Positions 59,664-64,000 of a stretch of 64,000 nt of DNA are shown in pieces. The position numbers were made by a program, and so were the translations under genes. Each line of letters begins with the position of its first letter. The first letter of the stretch is position 1. This stretch comes from Myxococcota bacterium (GTDB lineage: Bacteria > Myxococcota_A > UBA9042 > PHBI01), in contig JAXLYZ010000024.1 of the NCBI GenBank assembly GCA_046351155.1, positions 86,044-150,043 on the forward strand. Reading direction: 5' to 3'. The notes beneath the pieces are model-generated. The model had not been told where the DNA came from, made no database searches, and saw nothing but the letters and a program-made list of their open reading frames with translations.

Positions 59664-62600
59664 ATGAGTCCTTCTGCCTCCAGCGACGTGACATCCGACG
59701 GCACAGTGTGCCACGAACGCGCGCGCCCGCACCTCGGGCGCGAGCGCGAGCTCGCGGCGGTCGCGGCGGCGCTCGACGCGCTCGCCGAGGGTCGGGGCAC
59801 GATGCTGCTCGTGACCGGCGAGCCCGGCATCGGCAAGACGCGGCTCGCCGACGAGGCCTGCCGTCGCGCGGGCGCGCGCGGCAGCGCGAGCCACGGGGGG
59901 CGCGGGGGGGAGGCCGGCGGCGCGCCCGCGTATTGGGCCTTCGTCCAGGTGCTGCGCGGGCTCGCGCGCGCTTGCGGCACGGCGCTGGCGCTGGCGCTGG
60001 GCGAGCCCCGACGCGACGCGCTGGCCGAGCTCATGCCCGAGCTGCGCGCGCCCGACCGCGCCTCCGCCCCCGCCGCGAGCGAGCGCTTCCAGCTGTTCGA
60101 CGCCGTCGCCGCCTACCTCGACGCCGCCGTCGCGCGCGCGCCGCTGGTGATGGTGCTCGACGATCTGCACGCCGCCGACCCATCGTCGCTGCTGCTCCTC
60201 CAGTTCATCGCGCGCGAGCTCCGCGGGCGCGCGCTCCTGGTCATCGGCACCTATCGCGAGGCGGAGGCGCGGCGCGCGCCCGAGGTCGGCGCGACGCTCG
60301 CGCGCGTCGCCCGCGACGCGACGGTCTTGCCGTTGTCGCGGCTGTCGCGGACCGAGGTGCACGCGCTCGTGCAGGCGACGCTCGGCGCGCCGCCGAGCCA
60401 GGCCCACGTCGACGCGCTGCACCACGCCAGCGAGGGCAACCCGCTGTTCGTGCACGAGCTCCTGCGCCTGCCCAACGCCGTCCCGCTCGCGGCCGGTCGG
60501 CTCGGAGGCATCGGCGAGGTCGTGCGCGCGCGCCTCGCCCTGCTCCCGCCGGAGGTGCGCGCGCTGCTCGAGGTGGCCGCCGTGCTGGGCCGCGAGTTCG
60601 CGCTCGATCCCTGGCGGCGGCGGCGCGCGCGCTCGGGCTGCCGCTCGGCCACGACCCCGCCGCGCGCCTCGAGCCGGCGCTGGAGGCCGCCATCGTCGAG
60701 CCGCTCGAGCAGCTCGCGCTGGCGCTTCACGCACGTCCTGCTGCGCGAAGCGCTCTACCTCGACCTCCCGCCGGCGACGCGCGCGCGCCTCCACCACGCC
60801 GCCGCGACCGAGCTGACGCGGCGCATCGGCGGTCCGCCGCTGGGAGCTGGCGCATCACCAGCTCCACGCCATCCCCGAGGTGCCGCTCGCCGACGCCGTC
60901 GACGCCGTGCTCGCCGCCGCCGCGCGCGCCATCGATCTGCTCGCCTTCGAGCACGCCTCGGTCCAGCTCGAGCGCGCCGCCCGGCTCGTCGCCGACGCGC
61001 GCGGCGAGGACGAGCGGCACTGCGAGGTGCTGCTCGCGCTCGGCATCGCGCGCATGCACATGGCCGAGGTCGAGCGCGCGGCCGCGAGGCCTGTCTCGCG
61101 GCCGCCGCCGTGGCGCGTCGCATCGGCGACGGGCGCCGCCTGGCGCGCGCGGCGCTCGGCTCGGTGCACGAGTTCGTCCACGGCGTGCGCGACGAGGCCA
61201 TCATCGCGCTGCTGGAAGAGGCGCTGGCCGCGCTGCCGCCCGACGAGGTGGCGCTGCGCGCGCGCTGCCTCGTCCAGCTCGCCGCCGAGCGCATGCCCGA
61301 GCCCGATCCCGCCGGCCCGCTGGCGCTGGTGCGCGAGGCCATCGCGCTGGCGCGCCAGAGCGGCGACCGCGCGAGCCTGCGCACCACGCTGGCGGTGGCC
61401 GGCATGGCCATGCTGCCGTACGCCGAGACGCGCGACCTGGCCGACGTGACGCTGAGTCGCTGCGCCTCGCGCAGGCCGCGGGCGATCAGCTGAGCGAGCT
61501 GCGATCGCACCTCCTCCTGCAGGCGGCCTACTGGTGCCTCGGCGACCGCGCCAACGCCGAGCACCACGTGCGCGCCTACGACGGGTGGCCGGCCGCTTCC
61601 GCCACCCGCGCTTCCAGTGGGTGCTGCACAGCCTGCGCGCCTACCAGGCGCTCTTCGCGGGTCGCTTCGACGAGGTCGCGGCGGCGGCGGCCACGGCCGA
61701 CGCGATCAGCGCCGCCGACGGCGCGCGCGGCTTCGTCCAACGCGGCGTTCCCCATCGGCTTCGCGCGAGCGCGCGAGCGCTACGACGACGTCGGCGCCGT
61801 CGCGTCGGCGGTGCGCGAGCGCTTCGCCGCGCTGCGCAGCGCGCTGTGGACGTGTGTCGGCGAGATGTTCGTGGCGCAGCTCTTCGCCTACGCCGGCGAC
61901 AGCGCCGCCACCGCCGCGCAGCTCGCCATCGTGCGCGCGCAGCCGATGTTCGCGGCCATGACCGATCCCGTGTGGCTCTCTCTGCTGGCGGCGCCGAGCC
62001 ACCTCGTGCGCGACGTCGCGCTGGCCGAGGCGCTCTACCCCGTGCTGCTGCCGCGCGCCGACGAGCTGGTGTTCGTCGGGCCGACCGGCGGCTACGTCGA
62101 CGTGCCGTACGCGCTCGAGCTCGCGCGCCTGTGCGTCGTGCTCGGGCGCGAGGCCGAGGCGACGGAGCGCTACCAGCAGGCGCTGGCGCTGCTCGAGCGG
62201 GTGCAGGCGCGGAGCCACATGGCGCGCGCGCGCTGCGAGCTCGCGCGCGTGCTCAGCGCACGGGCCGGCGCCGCCGACGTCGAGCGCGCGCGCCAGCTCC
62301 TGGCCGAGGCGCGCTCGCTCGCCGCCGAGCTCGGGCAGGCGCGCGTGCTCGAGCTCGTCGCCGAGACGGCGCTCGCGCCATCGCCGCCGCGCGCCCCGGC
62401 CGCGGCCGCCGAGCCCAGCCCGCGCCTGACGATCGTGCGCGAGGGCGACACCTGGTGCCTCAGCTTCGGCGCGCGCAGCGTGCGCCTGCGCGACAGCCGC
62501 GGCATGCAGGTGCTGGCGCGCCTCGTCGCCGCCCCGGAGCAAGAGCTCCACGTGCTGCAGCTGGCGGGCGACATCGGCGCTCCGCGCGACGGCGGCGACG

Positions 62601-62959
62601 CCGGACCGCAGCTCGACGACGCCGCCGTGCAGGGCTATCGCCGCCGCCTGCTCGAGCTGCGCGAGGCGCTCGCCGAGGCCGAGTCCTTCAACGACGGCTT
62701 CCGCGCCGAGCGGGCGCAGCGCGAGATCGACCTGCTCACGCGCGAGCTGTCGCGCGCGCTCGGCCTCGGCGATCGCGCGCGGCGCGTGGGAGCCCCCGCC
62801 GAGCGCGCGCGCACCGCCGTGCAGAAGCGGCTGAAGAACACCATCGACCGCATCGCCGAGACGCTGCCCGAGCTCGCGCGCCACCTGGATGGCGCGCTCC
62901 ACACCGGCACCATCTGCGCCTACTTCCCCGACGGGCGGCCGCGCGGCCGTCGGGCCTGA
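59664..62959 (+). CDS. large AAA(+)/P-loop NTPase with TPR-like helical repeats (STAND-like regulatory ATPase); needs at least seven frame changes
   Basis: Walker A motif LLVTGEPGIGKTRLADEA. Walker B motif LVMVLDDLHAADPSS. TPR-like segments alternate between the frames of ORFs 59610, 58814, 60880 and 61534. C-terminus ...TIVREGDTWCLSFGARSVRLRDSRGMQVLARLV.... Confidence 0.55.
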
Positions 62960-63019
62960 GTGGAGCCGTGAGGAGGTCATCAACTCCTCCCCATCTTCCC
63001 GCCGCCGGCCGGTGACATG

Positions 63020-63277
63020 TCCGTCGGGGCGGCGGTTCTTGTCGATGATGGCGGCGATGATGAGCGAGAAGGCGGCGAGGCGCAGGAGGTAGAACCAGGC
63101 GCGCGACTCCTGGTCGGGGTCGAGCACGCCCACCACCAGCCACTGCACGCCGAGCAGCGCGAAGGCGATGGCGAAGAGCAGGAAGAAGCGGTCGGCCGCC
63201 AGGCGATAGAAGCGCAGGAAGAAGAGCGCCACGACCAGGCTGGCGACCGTGAGCGCGCCGAGGAGCAGCTGGTTCAT
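63020..63277 (-). CDS. small membrane protein 2 (stop not resolved)
   Basis: MNQLLLGALTVASLVVALFFLRFYRLAADRFFLLFAIAFALLGVQWLVVGVL.... Its ATG overlaps the stop of the upstream small membrane gene (ATGA). There is no in-frame stop before the ATPase 3' end, so the true stop is probably hidden by an indel. Confidence 0.3.
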
Positions 63278-63540
63278 GCGCGCGGCCCCCCCGAGCTCCA
63301 CACCAGGCCGAACACCAGCACGAGCAGCGACGCGAGCGCGGTGAGGTTGCGCGCCAGCGACAGATCGACGGCCGGATACTCGAAGTCGATGACGAGCAGG
63401 ATGTTGTTCAGGGCCAGCCCGAAGAAGGCGACGCTGCACCACAGGAGGAGCCGCGTCCGGCCGGACCGGTAGTGCCGGAAGAGCAGCGCCGCGCAGCCGA
63501 TGCTCGTGAGCGCGCACAGCGCATAGACGACCTCAGCCAT
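63274..63540 (-). CDS. small membrane protein 1 (88 aa, 3 predicted TM helices)
   Basis: MAEVVYALCALTSIGCAALLF...LLLWCSVAFFGLALNNILLVIDF...LTALASLLVLVFGLVW. Confidence 0.45.
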   Translation of the reverse strand: MAEVVYALCALTSIGCAALLFRHYRSGRTRLLLWCSVAFFGLALNNILLVIDFEYPAVDLSLARNLTALASLLVLVFGLVWSSGGPRA

Positions 63541-63910
63541 CCTTCTTCTCCTTCCTCAGGCGGAACGCGTCCGCGAGCTCGCGCAGCCGCTGGAGCGAGC
63601 TCGACACGATGGCGTTGATGACCTCCAGCCGCCGCCGCGAGTAGACCTCGAACGTCGCCTCCGCCTGCGCCCGCAGCTCGGGGCTCGCCGGGCGGTAGCG
63701 GAAGCGTCCGGCCTCGCCGACGACCAACCCCGCGTCCACCAGCGCCTGCAGCTTGCGGCGGCACAGCGCCGGCGCGATGCCGAGCGACTCGGCGATGGCC
63801 TCGGGCGTGTCGCTGCCATTCGCGTCGCCGGCCAGGAGCAGGACGATCTCCAGCCCTTCGATCGACTCGATTCGCGCCAGCAGGAAGGCTTCGATGTCGG
63901 GCGGCAGCAT
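63533..63910 (-). CDS. small winged-helix-like protein (possible transcriptional regulator), first gene of a 3-gene overlapping operon
   Basis: ...IVLLLAGDANGSDTPEAIAESLGIAPALCRRKLQALVDAGLVVGEAGRFRYRP.... Its stop overlaps the next gene's ATG (ATGGCTGA). Confidence 0.4.
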   Translation of the reverse strand: MLPPDIEAFLLARIESIEGLEIVLLLAGDANGSDTPEAIAESLGIAPALCRRKLQALVDAGLVVGEAGRFRYRPASPELRAQAEATFEVYSRRRLEVINAIVSSSLQRLRELADAFRLRKEKKDG

Positions 63911-64000
63911 GCGACCAGCGAGGTTGGGGGGTGGTGCACCCGATCTCGGGATACCACCATGCGACGCTCATCGATACCTCCATCGCTCCCCGCGTCCGGC

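Overview
This 64 kb window is a ~70% GC bacterial chromosomal segment that looks myxobacterial. The evidence for that is two MYXO-CTERM-like sorting tails, Myxococcus-type Cys-rich repeats (CxDGDxCTxDxC), HAF-type extracellular repeats, many lipobox lipoproteins, and TGA as the usual stop. Because of the GC content, the six-frame track is full of long Arg/Ala-rich antisense ORFs. I kept only ORFs whose translation shows recognisable motifs or plausible composition.

Supported content:
- a secreted and lipoprotein block: PAP2-like phosphatase fragment, GNAT, M15 peptidase with 3x LysM, M16 tandem zinc peptidase, metallophosphoesterase, Cys-rich lipoproteins;
- an SQR-like flavoprotein plus an octaheme cytochrome c lipoprotein;
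- PilZ; an APH-fold kinase fused in frame (through a TGA) to an APS-kinase-like P-loop domain;
- a translationally coupled hypothetical / sphingosine-1-phosphate-lyase-like PLP enzyme / MlrC-like set;
- an intact hmgA-hppD-phhA Tyr/Phe catabolic operon;
- flotillin; an S33 peptidase; a giant heparinase-like / Cys-rich / MYXO-CTERM surface protein;
- an acyl-CoA carboxylase (CT + BC-BCCP) plus GT2;
- a DUF4157 (HExxHxxQQ zincin-like) toxin-like protein followed by a TPR gene, a SAM methyltransferase and a ~1100-aa AAA/TPR STAND-like ATPase.

No rRNA, tRNA, CRISPR array or mobile element was found.

Two cautions. First, many conserved genes can only be read by switching frames repeatedly (positions are listed in the features), while neighbouring long genes are intact. 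This is clustered indel error or real gene decay, and I cannot tell which from sequence alone. Second, an ~8.4 kb stretch (29.5-37.9 kb) has no intact ORF; it carries only scattered minus-strand fragments of a giant low-complexity protein. All start coordinates are approximate (±1 codon), and several were chosen from signal-peptide or RBS context.
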